A DNA stretch of 64,000 nt, taken from positions 800,001 to 864,000 of the forward strand of contig CAVWWD010000003.1 in NCBI GenBank assembly GCA_963758635.1, read 5' to 3'. Under the pieces are notes generated by a model. That model did no database searches. It saw nothing but the letters and a program-made list of their open reading frames with translations, and had not been told where the DNA came from. Position 1 is the first letter of the stretch; every line of letters begins with the position of its first letter. Source of the DNA: an uncultured Candidatus Rokubacteria bacterium. GTDB taxonomy: Bacteria; Methylomirabilota; Methylomirabilia; Rokubacteriales; CSP1-6. Both the position numbers and the translations under genes were made by a program. Below are positions 10,231 to 20,100 of this stretch, piece after piece.

Positions 10231-11366
10231 GAACGTCCCTCCTCGGCGGCGGCCGCGCTCGGTCCGGGCGCCGGCGCGTCGCGGGCCAGGCGCTCCACCC
10301 GGACTCCGATCAATCGTATCTTCTTCCCCTTCGGGTTCTCCCGCGAGTCGAAGAAGGGGCCGAGGAGCGCGGCGACCTCCGCCTGGAGCTCGGCCAGCGT
10401 GCGGAGCGGCGTCCGGGACGTGCGCGCGCGGCTCACCGTGACGAACCCCGTGAAGCGCACGGTGATGGTGACGGTCTGGAAGGCCTGGAAGCCGTCGGCC
10501 TCGAACCTCCGGAAGACGTTGGCGGCCAGCGCGTGAGCGCGCCCCAGGACGAACGCGGGATCGAGGCTGTCCTCCTCGAACGTCTCCTGCTCGCCGACGG
10601 ACTTCCGCTCCCACTCGTTCGACACCGGATCCTTCGACACGCCGCGGGACTTGTCGTGGAGGTCCGTGCCGTGCTTGCCGAACCACTCGACGAGCCGCTC
10701 CGGCGCGACGGCGGCCAGGTCGGCGACCGTGCCGATCCCGCGCTCGCGGAGGAGCGCCTCGGTCTTCGGCCCCACGCCGGGGATCACGCGGATCGGCAGC
10801 GGGGCCAGGAAGGTCGCCACCGCGTCGGGCGCCACGACGGTCAGGCCGTCCGGCTTCTCGAAGTCCGAGGCGATCTTCGCCACGAGCTTGTTCGGCCCGA
10901 TCCCCACCGAGCAGGTCAGCCCTTCGCGCTCGAGGATGCGCGCCTTCAGCGCCCGCGCGTGTCGGGTCGCGCCCGGGAGGTCGCCCAGGGACGACAGCTC
11001 CAGGTACGCCTCGTCGATGCTCGCCTCCTCGAAGGCGTCCGCGCCCTCCGCGATGAGGGCCATGATGCGTCCGGACGCCTCGCGGTACGCGGCGCGGTTG
11101 TCCCGCACGAACACGACCTCGGGCTCGCCGCGCCGGCGCGCCGTCTCGGCGAGCCGCCACGCCCGCGAGATGGGCAGCGCGGAGCGGATGCCGTACTTGC
11201 GCGCGGCGTAGCTGGCCGCGGTGACCACGCCCCGGCCCGCGCCGCCCTTGGGATCGGCGCCGACCACGATGGGTCGCCCGCGGAGCTCGGGCCGGAGGCG
11301 CTCCTCCACCGCGGCGTAGAAGGCGTCCATGTCGACGTGGAGGACGATGCGCGCGGCGTCAGGCAA
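10227..11366 (-). CDS. dinB: DNA polymerase IV (Y family)
   Basis: HVDMDAFYAAVE, ASYAARKYGI, SIDEAY and KIASDFEKPDGL; TTG start inferred. Confidence 0.92.
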   Translation of the reverse strand: MPDAARIVLHVDMDAFYAAVEERLRPELRGRPIVVGADPKGGAGRGVVTAASYAARKYGIRSALPISRAWRLAETARRRGEPEVVFVRDNRAAYREASGRIMALIAEGADAFEEASIDEAYLELSSLGDLPGATRHARALKARILEREGLTCSVGIGPNKLVAKIASDFEKPDGLTVVAPDAVATFLAPLPIRVIPGVGPKTEALLRERGIGTVADLAAVAPERLVEWFGKHGTDLHDKSRGVSKDPVSNEWERKSVGEQETFEEDSLDPAFVLGRAHALAANVFRRFEADGFQAFQTVTITVRFTGFVTVSRARTSRTPLRTLAELQAEVAALLGPFFDSRENPKGKKIRLIGVRVERLARDAPAPGPSAAAAEEGRS

Positions 11367-11631
11367 AGCGTGGCAGCACGCGCTCGCCGAGCAGCGCGAT
11401 GGCCTCGAGGGCGCGCCGGTGCGGCATGCCCGGCCAGTGCACCCGGAATCCCATCTCCTGGATACCGAGGCGCTGCCGGTGCCGCTCGATCTGCTCCACG
11501 CAGTGCTCGGCGTCGCCCACGATGAAGCGGTCCTCGCGCAGCTCCTCGATGGGGCGGTGGAACGTCTCGCCCGCGGGCAGCACGTTGTCCTGGCCCCACT
11601 GGGCGTAGGGCAGCGAGAGTCCAAAACGCAT
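11359..11631 (-). pseudogene. Internally deleted LLM-class flavin-dependent oxidoreductase (90 aa)
   Basis: LLM-type start MRFGL is joined directly to an LLM-type C-terminus (DRFIVGDAEHC...IALLGERVLPRF); GAGGAGG RBS. Confidence 0.65.
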
Positions 11632-11759
11632 TCGCGTCCTCCTCGCGGATGTGGTCCGGATTCTAGCGCAGGCCATTCATGAACAGGACGCCCGCGGATC
11701 GCCGCGCGGGTCAAGGTCCGCCCTCGCAGTTGCGCTGGATGCGGGCTGGCCTGGCGCGC

Positions 11760-12007
11760 TGTCGCTGTTCAGTGAGAATGTCATCCCCCTGGGGGTATCA
11801 GCACGACGGACGCGGTACAGGACGGACCGGCGTCGCGGGCGCCTGGTCCGGGCGCGTGCAGGGCGTGGCGGACGCGTCTCCGACGTGGAGCGAGGGTAAG
11901 GCCGCCGCTCAAGACTTGGTACCTGTCTTCGCGCCTGCCCACACCAGTGGGGGGATGACATTCTCACTGATCAGTTAGAGGGGTGACATTTCTACTGAAC
12001 AACAACA
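11760..12007. mobile_element. 248-bp non-autonomous element (MITE) with TGT...ACA ends, IS1202/IS481-like; 15-bp target duplication
   Basis: Left end TGTCGCTGTTCAGTGAGAATGTCATCCCC vs right-end reverse complement TGTTGTTGTTCAGTAGAAATGTCACCCC; an extra internal repeat at ~11949-11970; GCTGGCCTGGCGCGC at 11745-11759 and 12008-12022. Confidence 0.85.
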
Positions 12008-12147
12008 GCTGGCCTGGCGCGCTTGACACTCGCCGCCCGCGGAGCGCAGCATGGCCGTCGCGTCGCTCCGGCCGCGCCGCGCGCGCGGTGTCGTCGTGCC
12101 GGCATCGAACGATTGGAGGTCGAGACCACGATGATGGGAGGCGGTCC

Positions 12148-12828
12148 ATGCGCTCGTCGCTACGTGCTCTCTTCGCCCTCGTCGCGCTCACGATGGCCGT
12201 GATCCCCGCCGCGGCCGACCAGCTGTTCCACACCGCCACGTACGTGGAGGTGGTGCCCGGCGCCGCGTCCCAGGCCGCGTCGCTCCTGCGGGCGTACCGC
12301 GACGCGAGCCGGGGCGATGCGTCCGCCCTCCGCCTCGAGGTCCTCCAGCGCATCGACCGGCTCGCCCACTTCGCGATCATCGGGGCGTGGAAGGACGCGC
12401 CGGCCTTCGAGGCGCACGTCACTGCGGAGGCGACGCGGCGGCTTCGTGACGGGCTGGCCCCGCTCCTCGCCAGCCCCGACGACGAACGCCGCCATCACGG
12501 GCTGGTCGTGGCCGGCGCACCGGCCCCGGCGGCGGGCGCGGGAATCTACGTGGTGACGCACGTCGACGTGATCCCGCCGCGCAAGGACGACGGCGTGGCC
12601 GCGCTCACGCAGCTCGCCGCGGAGAGCCGCGGCGACGCGGGCCTCGTGCGCTTCGACGTGCTCCAGCAGACGAGCCGGCCCAACCACTTCACGGTGGTCG
12701 AGGCCTGGCGTGACCGGCCGGCCGCCGACCTGCACACCGCGGCGCCTCACACCCGTCAGTTCCGCGCGCGTCTGGCCCCGATGAGCGGCGCGCTCTACGA
12801 CGAGCGCCTGTACGCGCCGCTGCCCTGA
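12148..12828 (+). CDS. Secreted tandem ABM (antibiotic biosynthesis monooxygenase)-domain protein
   Basis: Signal peptide; two ABM-like repeats (ATYVEVVP.../VVTHVDVIP...LYDERLY); GGGAGG RBS. Confidence 0.75.
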   Translation: MRSSLRALFALVALTMAVIPAAADQLFHTATYVEVVPGAASQAASLLRAYRDASRGDASALRLEVLQRIDRLAHFAIIGAWKDAPAFEAHVTAEATRRLRDGLAPLLASPDDERRHHGLVVAGAPAPAAGAGIYVVTHVDVIPPRKDDGVAALTQLAAESRGDAGLVRFDVLQQTSRPNHFTVVEAWRDRPAADLHTAAPHTRQFRARLAPMSGALYDERLYAPLP

Positions 12829-12840
12829 CCAGGAGAGACC

Positions 12841-13887
12841 ATGGCCGACGCCACCCGCCCCACGCAGTTCGGCAGGATCCACGCCCCCGACGAGGCCTGG
12901 CTGGCCCGCCAGGCGCCCGAGCCGATCCTCGAGCCCGACCTGCCCATGATCGACACGCACCATCACCTCTGGGATCGCCGCGGCCATCGCTACTTCCTGC
13001 AGGAGTTCCTTGCCGACGCGAGCGCCGGTCACCGGCTGGTCGCCTCGGTGTTCGTGGAGTGCGAGTCGATGTATCGCGCCGGCGGGCCGGAGGCGATGCG
13101 CCCGGTGGGCGAGACGGAGTTCGTGGCCGGGCAGGCCGCGATGAGCGCCAGCGGGCTCTACGGCGCGGCGCGCGTGGCCGCGGGCATCGTGGGTTTCGCC
13201 GACCTCACCCTGGGCGACCGCGCGGAGCCGGTGCTGGAGGCCCACGTGCGCGCGGGCGGGGGACGCTTCCGCGGCGTCCGCCACGCGGCGGCGTTCGACG
13301 CGAGCGAGATCATCGGCAACAGCCGCGTGGCCGGCGGGCCGCACCTCCTGCGCGAGCCGGCCTTCCGGGCGGGGCTCACGCGGCTCACCGCGCTCGGCCT
13401 CTCGCTGGACGCGTGGGTCTTCCACCCCCAGCTCGCCGACGTGGTCGACCTGGCGCGCGCGTTCCCGGGCGCGAACATCATCGTCGGGCACTGCGGCGGG
13501 CCGCTCGGCTACGGGCCCTACGCGGGCAAGCGCGACGAGGTGTTCGGCGCCTGGAAGCCGAGGATCGCCGAGCTGGCCCAGTGCCCGAACGTCACCATGA
13601 AGCTCGGCGGCATGATGATGCGGCTGGCCGCCTACGACTACCGCGCCAAGCCCGGGCCGCCCAGCTCCGCCGACCTCGCCTCGCTCTGGCGTCCCTACAT
13701 CGAGACGTGCATCGAGCTGTTCGGGGCGAGCCGGTGCATGTTCGAGTCGAACTTCCCGGTGGACAAGATGGGCATCGGCTGGGCCGCGCTCTGGAACGCG
13801 TTCAAGCGCATCGCCGCCGGCGCCTCGGCCGACGACAAGGCCGCGCTCTTCAGCGGCACCGCGCGGCGCGCCTACCGCCTGGACTGA
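12841..13887 (+). CDS. Amidohydrolase_2 family metal-dependent hydrolase
   Basis: IDTHHHLW and RCMFESNFPVD motifs. Confidence 0.9.
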   Translation: MADATRPTQFGRIHAPDEAWLARQAPEPILEPDLPMIDTHHHLWDRRGHRYFLQEFLADASAGHRLVASVFVECESMYRAGGPEAMRPVGETEFVAGQAAMSASGLYGAARVAAGIVGFADLTLGDRAEPVLEAHVRAGGGRFRGVRHAAAFDASEIIGNSRVAGGPHLLREPAFRAGLTRLTALGLSLDAWVFHPQLADVVDLARAFPGANIIVGHCGGPLGYGPYAGKRDEVFGAWKPRIAELAQCPNVTMKLGGMMMRLAAYDYRAKPGPPSSADLASLWRPYIETCIELFGASRCMFESNFPVDKMGIGWAALWNAFKRIAAGASADDKAALFSGTARRAYRLD

Positions 13888-13899
13888 GCGGCTCGCCCG

Positions 13900-14529
13900 T
13901 CAGCCGCGGCGGCGGAGAGCGGTGGCGGCGCGGGCGAGGGCCTCGATGGCGTCCCAGTCCCCCGCGGCCACGCGGTCGGCCGGCGCGACCCACGACCCGC
14001 CCACGCACGGCACGTTGGCGAGCGCCAGATACTCCGGAGCCGTCGCCGCGGTGACGCCGCCGGTCGGACAGAAGACGACGTCAGGGAACGGGGCGCCGAG
14101 CGCCCTCAGCATCGCGGGGCCGCCCGCCTGCTGCGCGGGGAAGAGCTTCAGCGCGGTGAAGCCCGCGCCGCGCGCGGCCATCAGCTCCGACGGGGTCATC
14201 ACGCCGGGGAGCAGGGGATAGCCGATGCCCTCGGCGGCCGCGACCAGCTCGGCGGAGAAGCCCGGGCTCACGCCGAACCGCGCGCCGGCGCGCCCCGCCG
14301 CGGCCAGGTCCTCGACCCGCGTGATCGTGCCGACGCCGACGATCGCATCGGGCACGGCCGCGCGCATGGCGCGAACGACCTCGAGGGCCACCGGCGTCCG
14401 CAGCGTCACCTCGATCACCGGGAGCCCGCCCTTGACCAGGGCGCGCGCGAGCGGCGCCGCGTCCGCCGGCCGCGTCACGGTCAAGACGGGGATCACCGGC
14501 GCGAGAGCGAAAATGTCCCGGATGTCCAC
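13900..14529 (-). CDS. eda: KDPG/KHG aldolase
   Basis: PVIPV, EVTLRT, GVMTPSE, KLFPA and FCPTGGV motifs. Confidence 0.93.
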   Translation of the reverse strand: MDIRDIFALAPVIPVLTVTRPADAAPLARALVKGGLPVIEVTLRTPVALEVVRAMRAAVPDAIVGVGTITRVEDLAAAGRAGARFGVSPGFSAELVAAAEGIGYPLLPGVMTPSELMAARGAGFTALKLFPAQQAGGPAMLRALGAPFPDVVFCPTGGVTAATAPEYLALANVPCVGGSWVAPADRVAAGDWDAIEALARAATALRRRG

Positions 14530-14597
14530 GCCGGGAGCATAGAACAATCCCCGGTCTCCACGCGGTCCGAGAACGTTGACGCGGCGCCGGAGCCTGT

Positions 14598-14632
14598 GTT
14601 CAAATGTTGAACGCCAGGGCGCAAGCCCTGGC
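14598..14632 (+). promoter_or_regulatory. Palindromic operator candidate GTTCAA-ATG-TTGAAC followed by the hairpin GCCAGGGC-GCAA-GCCCTGGC
   Basis: Perfect inverted repeats directly upstream of the regulator gene; TTGACG at 14576. Confidence 0.55.
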
Positions 14633-14637
14633 CGTCC

Positions 14638-15273
14638 ATGAAGCCCCACGTCGAGCGCGATCTCGAGATCCTCACGGCCATCGAGGAGGGCCGCCCGCTC
14701 ACCCAGCGGGACCTGGCGCAGCGCCTCGGCGTCGCGCTGGGCCTCACCAACCTCTACCTCAAGCGGCTCGCCACCAAGGGCTACATCAAGATCGCGGAGT
14801 TCCCGCGCAAGCCCGCGGCGCGCAAGCGCCTCCGCTACCTCCTGACCCCCCGGGGCATCGCCGAGAAGAGCCGGCTCACCTACGAGCACATGGCCCATGC
14901 GCTCGCCCTCTACCGGCGCGCCCGTCACACGCTCCGCGAGCGTCTCGCCTCGCTGTCCGACCGGGGCGTCAAGCGCGTGGCCCTCTACGGCACCGGCGAG
15001 GCGGCGGAGATCGCATACCTGACCCTCAAGGAGTTCGGCCTCGAGCCCGTCGCGGTCTTCACCCGCGACGGCGGCGGTCGGTTCCTGGGCGCGCCGGTCC
15101 GCGCCATCGCCGACCTGGACCCCGACGAGGTCGACGGCCTCATCCTGGCCACCTTCGAGCGGCCGGAGCCCTTTCTGGACGAGGTCCGGCGCCACGGCAT
15201 CCCGGCCGAGCGCATCATCACCATTCGGCGGGCCGCGGGCGTTCCCACCGTGCGACAGGGAGGGGCGGCGTGA
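14638..15273 (+). CDS. EPS-associated MarR-type winged-helix regulator with C-terminal Rossmann-like domain
   Basis: TQRDLAQRLGVALGLTNLYLKRL...YLLTPRGIAEKSRLT; VALYGTGE. Confidence 0.85.
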   Translation: MKPHVERDLEILTAIEEGRPLTQRDLAQRLGVALGLTNLYLKRLATKGYIKIAEFPRKPAARKRLRYLLTPRGIAEKSRLTYEHMAHALALYRRARHTLRERLASLSDRGVKRVALYGTGEAAEIAYLTLKEFGLEPVAVFTRDGGGRFLGAPVRAIADLDPDEVDGLILATFERPEPFLDEVRRHGIPAERIITIRRAAGVPTVRQGGAA

Positions 15274-17126
15274 AGCCGAGTGGCGACATCGCGCGGTTCG
15301 CGTGGCTCCTGCGCACCTACATCGCCCCGTACTGGCGCTCGGTGGCGCTCCTCATCCTGGGCAGCTACACCGCGGCCACGCTGGCCGCGTGCCTGCCCGT
15401 CCTCATGGCGCCCGTCCTCGAGCTCGCCATCGGCCACCACGGCGGTCGGCCGGCGGGCGCGGCGACGGACGGCACCGGGCTCAGCCTGAAGAACCTCGGC
15501 GCCGCCGTGCTGGCGTGGCTCGGCGTGGGCGCCACCGAGGACCGCTTCGGCGCCATCGTCCGGCTATGCATGGTGTTCGTGGCGGTGGGCGTGATCAAGG
15601 CCGCCGTCGAGTTCGGCAACTACCTCCTCGCCCTGTGGATCCGGGTGCGGGCGGGGGCGGCGGTGCAGATGGACTTGTTCCGCCACCTCATGAATCTCTC
15701 GATGAGCTTCTTCACGCGGCACCGCACCGGCGAGCTGGTGTCGCGGCTGGACAATGACACGCGCGCGGCCACCGCGGGGCTCGAGATCATCGTTGGCCAG
15801 CTCCTCACCGCGCCCGTCCTGATCGCCGTCTACGGGATCCTCCTCGTGCGCACGAGCCCGCGGCTCGTCTTCGCCGCCGCCGCCGCGTTCGTCCTGCACT
15901 GGCTGATCACGCGCGCGGTGCGGGGCCCCATCCGCCGGCTCGCCACCGACCAGTTCTCCGTGTTCGCCGAGCTGGTCGCGCGGTTCCAGGAGGCCATCCT
16001 GTCGATCCGCGTGGTGAAGTCGTTCGGCGCCGAGGCGTTCGAGGCCTCGCGCGTGCGGCGGACCCTCGCCGAGGTGCTGCGCGTCAACGTGAAGTTCGGC
16101 ATCTACAAGCACGCCGAGCAGCCCGCCCGCACGATCGTGAACTACGTCATCGAGATGGGCATCCTGCTGATGGCCGCCTGGGAGCTCCTCGCCGGCCACC
16201 TCTCGGTGCCCACGTTCTTCCTGTTCCTCTACGTCGGCCGCGCCGTGATGGTGCAGGTCGGGAACCTGGGCGACGCGTCCAGCCACATCCAGGCCGCCCT
16301 CGCCGCGTCCACCCGGCTCGTGCAGCTCCTCGACCTGCGGCCGGACGTGACCGATGGCCCCGAGCCCATCGACGCGTTCCGCGAGCGGATCGTGGTCAAC
16401 GACGTGTCGTTCGCCTACGGCGCCGAGCCGGTCCTGGAGCACGTCAGCTTCGAGATCGCCCGCGGCGAGCTGGTGGCCCTGGTGGGGCCGAGCGGATCGG
16501 GCAAGTCCACGCTCGCCGACCTGGTGCTGCGCTTCTACGATCCCACGCGCGGCGTCATCACCATCGACGGCCGCGACCTGCGCACGCTGCGCCAGGAGTC
16601 CTACCGGCGGCTCTTCGGCGTGGTGTCCCAGGAGGCGCTCCTCTTCAACGCGACGATCCGCGACAACATCGCCTACGGGCGCACCGGCCTCGCCGAGGAG
16701 GACATCGTGCGCGCCGCCCGCATCGCCAACGCGCACGACTTCATCACGGAGTTCCCCGAGGGCTACGAGACGGTGGTGGGCGACCGCGGGATCCGGCTCT
16801 CCGGCGGCCAGCGGCAGCGCGTGGCCATCGCCCGCGCCATCGTCGGCAACCCGGAGATCCTCGTGCTCGACGAGGCGACGAGCGCGCTCGACAGCGAGTC
16901 CGAGCGGCTGGTGCAGCAGGCCATCGACCGCGTCATCGAGGGCGCCACCTCGATCGTGATCGCGCACCGCCTGTCCACCGTGCTCCACGCCGACCGCATC
17001 GTCGTGCTGAACCGCGGCGGCGTCGAGGCGATGGGACGTCACGCGGAGCTCATCGCCGGCAACGAGACGTACGCGCGCCTGTACCGCCTGCAGTTCTCGG
17101 AGGCCGAGCCCCTTGGGCGTCTCTGA
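15270..17126 (+). CDS. MsbA/PglK-type ABC exporter (TMD+NBD)
   Basis: GPSGSGKST, LSGGQRQR, LDEATSALD and IAHRLST motifs; six-TM N-terminus. Confidence 0.92.
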   Translation: MKPSGDIARFAWLLRTYIAPYWRSVALLILGSYTAATLAACLPVLMAPVLELAIGHHGGRPAGAATDGTGLSLKNLGAAVLAWLGVGATEDRFGAIVRLCMVFVAVGVIKAAVEFGNYLLALWIRVRAGAAVQMDLFRHLMNLSMSFFTRHRTGELVSRLDNDTRAATAGLEIIVGQLLTAPVLIAVYGILLVRTSPRLVFAAAAAFVLHWLITRAVRGPIRRLATDQFSVFAELVARFQEAILSIRVVKSFGAEAFEASRVRRTLAEVLRVNVKFGIYKHAEQPARTIVNYVIEMGILLMAAWELLAGHLSVPTFFLFLYVGRAVMVQVGNLGDASSHIQAALAASTRLVQLLDLRPDVTDGPEPIDAFRERIVVNDVSFAYGAEPVLEHVSFEIARGELVALVGPSGSGKSTLADLVLRFYDPTRGVITIDGRDLRTLRQESYRRLFGVVSQEALLFNATIRDNIAYGRTGLAEEDIVRAARIANAHDFITEFPEGYETVVGDRGIRLSGGQRQRVAIARAIVGNPEILVLDEATSALDSESERLVQQAIDRVIEGATSIVIAHRLSTVLHADRIVVLNRGGVEAMGRHAELIAGNETYARLYRLQFSEAEPLGRL

Positions 17127-17946
17127 CCGCCCGTACTTCGACTGGCTCACGGGAGCGCTCGACCGGTGTGAGCGTGCTCGCGGCCTCTTCGGGGCCCTCG
17201 GCCGCGCGCGCCCCACCGTGGACGTGTGGGGCCTCGCCGAGCAGCAGCAGACCCCCGCCATGGGCTGGCTGCGAGCGGCCGTCGCCCCCGCGCGGCCCCA
17301 GGTGACGCTCCTCGACAAGTTCGGGGACGCCCCGGGCGTCCGGCCCGTGGACCTGAACCGGCTGGACGCGGAGCCCGCCGGCGCGTGCGACGTGGCGACC
17401 ATCCTCCGGGCCTCGTTCTTCGTGACCGACCCCCCGGGCTTCCTGCGGAACCTGCATCGGCTCCTCCGACCGGGCGGGCTCGCCGTCGTGGACTGGCTGC
17501 ACGGGTGCTCGGACGCTCCCGTCCTCGACTTCCCCCTCGACCCCCGCTACGGCGACGCTCCGTCGCCCTTCGTGACGACGTACATGGACGCCGCGTTCAT
17601 GGCGGCGTGTCCCGGCGAGTTCGATCGCTTCATCAAGGACGTGAACCGGCCACCGTGGACGGCCAACCTCGCGCGCCCCGGCCAGCGCGTGGGCGTCGCC
17701 GAGCGGCTGCTCCGGATCGCCGAGCTGGGGCCGCAGCGCCAGATCTCGCGCGCGACGTACGCGGAGGCCCTCCGGGCGGACCTCCACCGGGCCGGGAAGC
17801 GGCTGGTCGAGCCCGAGCTCCTCGAGCGGCACTTCGAGGTCGTCCACCGCGACGCCCGCTACCTCCACCGCCAGACCGGCAAGTTCAACCTCTACCTCCT
17901 GACCGTGCTCCGCCGCCGGGACGGGGGCGAGGGAGACGCCCCGTGA
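17113..17946 (+). CDS. Putative SAM-dependent methyltransferase-fold protein
   Basis: FLRNLHRLLRPGGLAVVD motif; overlaps neighbouring genes. Confidence 0.6.
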   Translation: MGVSDRPYFDWLTGALDRCERARGLFGALGRARPTVDVWGLAEQQQTPAMGWLRAAVAPARPQVTLLDKFGDAPGVRPVDLNRLDAEPAGACDVATILRASFFVTDPPGFLRNLHRLLRPGGLAVVDWLHGCSDAPVLDFPLDPRYGDAPSPFVTTYMDAAFMAACPGEFDRFIKDVNRPPWTANLARPGQRVGVAERLLRIAELGPQRQISRATYAEALRADLHRAGKRLVEPELLERHFEVVHRDARYLHRQTGKFNLYLLTVLRRRDGGEGDAP

Positions 17947-18917
17947 CGCTCGACTGGCGCGAGGCGTCCGTCCTCATCACCGGCGGCACCGGCTCGTTCG
18001 GGAACGCCTTCGTCGAGGCCATGCTGACGCGCTACCGCCCGCGGCGGCTCGTGGTGTTCAGCCGTGACGAGCTCAAGCAGTCGGAGATGATGGCGCGGTT
18101 CGGGCCCCAGCCGTCGCTCCGGTTCTTCATCGGCGACGTGCGCGATCGCGAGCGGCTCGAGCGCGCCATGCACGGCGTGGACGTCGTCGTCCACGCCGCC
18201 GCGCTCAAGCAGATCCCGGCGTGCGAGTACAACCCCTTCGAGGCGATCCAGACCAACGTGATCGGCGCGAAGAACGTCATCGACGCCGCCATCGACCAGG
18301 GCGTGCGCCAGGTCGTCGCGATCTCGACCGACAAGGCGGTGGGACCGTCGAACCTCTACGGCGCCACGAAGCTCTGCGCGGAGAAGCTCTTCGTGCAGGG
18401 CAACGTGTACACCGGTGATCGTCCGACGCGCTTCTCCGTCGTGCGCTACGGCAACGTCATCGGCAGCCGGGGCAGCGTGATCCCGCTCTTCGAGGCGCAG
18501 CGGGCATCGGGGAGGGTCACGGTCACGGACGCCCTGATGACGCGCTTCTGGATCCGGCTCCGCGACGGCGTCGAGTTCGCCATCCGCTGCGCCGGGCTCA
18601 TGCGCGGCGGCGAGATCTTCGTGCCCAAGATCCCGAGCATGCGCGTCATGGACCTGGTGGAGACGGTCGCGCCGGGATGTCAGGTGGAGTTCATCGGGAT
18701 CCGGCCCGGCGAGAAGCTCCACGAGGTGCTCGTGTCGGAGGATGAGAGCCGGCAGGCCCGGGAGCTCGACGACATGTTCGTGATCGAGCCCATCGATCCC
18801 TCCTGGGCGTACGCGGGCTGGGAGGGCAAGCGCCCCGCCCCGGGCTTCCGGTACTCGAGCGACGGCAACGACCGCTGGCTCTCCGGCGAGGAGATGCGGA
18901 AGCTCGCCGATGGCTGA
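17943..18917 (+). CDS. pseB: UDP-GlcNAc 4,6-dehydratase (inverting)
   Basis: ITGGTGSFG, FSRDELKQ, STDKA, YGATK, RYGNV and GEIFVPKIPS motifs. Confidence 0.93.
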   Translation: MTLDWREASVLITGGTGSFGNAFVEAMLTRYRPRRLVVFSRDELKQSEMMARFGPQPSLRFFIGDVRDRERLERAMHGVDVVVHAAALKQIPACEYNPFEAIQTNVIGAKNVIDAAIDQGVRQVVAISTDKAVGPSNLYGATKLCAEKLFVQGNVYTGDRPTRFSVVRYGNVIGSRGSVIPLFEAQRASGRVTVTDALMTRFWIRLRDGVEFAIRCAGLMRGGEIFVPKIPSMRVMDLVETVAPGCQVEFIGIRPGEKLHEVLVSEDESRQARELDDMFVIEPIDPSWAYAGWEGKRPAPGFRYSSDGNDRWLSGEEMRKLADG

Positions 18918-20100
18918 GCGGCTCGCGCTCGACGGCGGCGCCCCGGTGCGGGCGGCGATGCTGCCCTACGGCCGCCACGCCGTGGAAGAGGAGGACGTCC
19001 AGGCGGTGGCGGCGGCCCTCCGCTCCGGCTGGCTCACCACCGGGCCGCTCGTGGGCGAGCTGGAGCGGGCGGTGGCGGCGGCGGTGGGCGCGGCGCACGC
19101 GGTGGCCGTGAGCTCGGGCACGGCGGCGCTCCACGCCGCGGTGGCCGCGGCGGGCGTCGGCCCCGGCGACGAGGTCGTCACCTCGCCCCTCACCTTCGTG
19201 GGCTCGGCCAACGCCGTGCTCTACCGCGGCGGCGTGCCCGTGTTCGCCGACGTGCGGGAGGACACGCTGAACATCGACCCCGTGGACGCGGAGATGCGGG
19301 TCACCCCGCGCACGCGGGCGCTCCTGCCCGTGGACTACGCCGGCCAGCCCGCCGACCTCGACGAGCTCGGGCGGATCGCCGCCGCCCGCGGCCTCGTGAT
19401 GATCGAGGACGCGGCCCATGCCCTCGGCGCCGCGTATCGCGGGCGGCCCGTGGGCGCCGTCGCCGACCTCACGACGTTCAGCTTCCACCCCGTCAAGCAC
19501 GTGACCACCGGCGAGGGCGGCATGGTCACCACGGGCCGCGCCGACCTCGCCGCGGCCATGCGCCGCTTCCGCAACCACGGCCTCGACGCCGACTTCCGCG
19601 AGCGCGACGCGCGCGGCCTCGAGTTCGCGCCGATGGTCGAGCTGGGCTTCAACTACCGGCTGCCCGACGTGGCGTGCGCGCTCGGGCTGGCGCAGCTCTC
19701 CCGGCTCGAGTCCGGCCTGAAGCGGCGCGCGGAGATCGCCGAGCGCTACCAGGCCGCGCTCGCCGGCGTGGCCGCCGTCACGCTGCCCGCGGTGCTGCCG
19801 CACGTCCGGCACGCCTGGCACATCTTCCCGGTGCTCCTGGACCTGCCGCGCCTGTCCGTGGACCGACGCACCGTGCTCGCCGCGCTCCGCGCGGAGGGCA
19901 TCGGCGTGGCGCTCCACTACGTGCCCGCCTACTGGCACCCGTACTACGAGGCGCTGGGCTACCGCCGGGGCCTCTGCCCGCGGGCGGAGGCGGCGTGGGA
20001 GCGCCTCCTGACGCTGCCGATCTTCCCGGCCATGACCGACGCCGACGCCGACGACGTGATCACCGCCGTCCGCAAGGTGCTGGGGCACTACGCGCGATGA
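18910..20100 (+). CDS. pseC: DegT-family aminotransferase PseC
   Basis: LPYGRH, EDAAHALG and FSFHPVKHVTTGEGG motifs. Confidence 0.9.
   Translation: MAERLALDGGAPVRAAMLPYGRHAVEEEDVQAVAAALRSGWLTTGPLVGELERAVAAAVGAAHAVAVSSGTAALHAAVAAAGVGPGDEVVTSPLTFVGSANAVLYRGGVPVFADVREDTLNIDPVDAEMRVTPRTRALLPVDYAGQPADLDELGRIAAARGLVMIEDAAHALGAAYRGRPVGAVADLTTFSFHPVKHVTTGEGGMVTTGRADLAAAMRRFRNHGLDADFRERDARGLEFAPMVELGFNYRLPDVACALGLAQLSRLESGLKRRAEIAERYQAALAGVAAVTLPAVLPHVRHAWHIFPVLLDLPRLSVDRRTVLAALRAEGIGVALHYVPAYWHPYYEALGYRRGLCPRAEAAWERLLTLPIFPAMTDADADDVITAVRKVLGHYAR

Noticed and set aside
11651..11978. Small ORFs as a transposase of the 248-bp element
   Set aside because: They are too short, lack DDE or HTH motifs, and cross the element boundaries.
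14540..14640. ops/JUMPStart element ahead of the glycan locus
   Set aside because: No GGCGGTAG motif was seen here.
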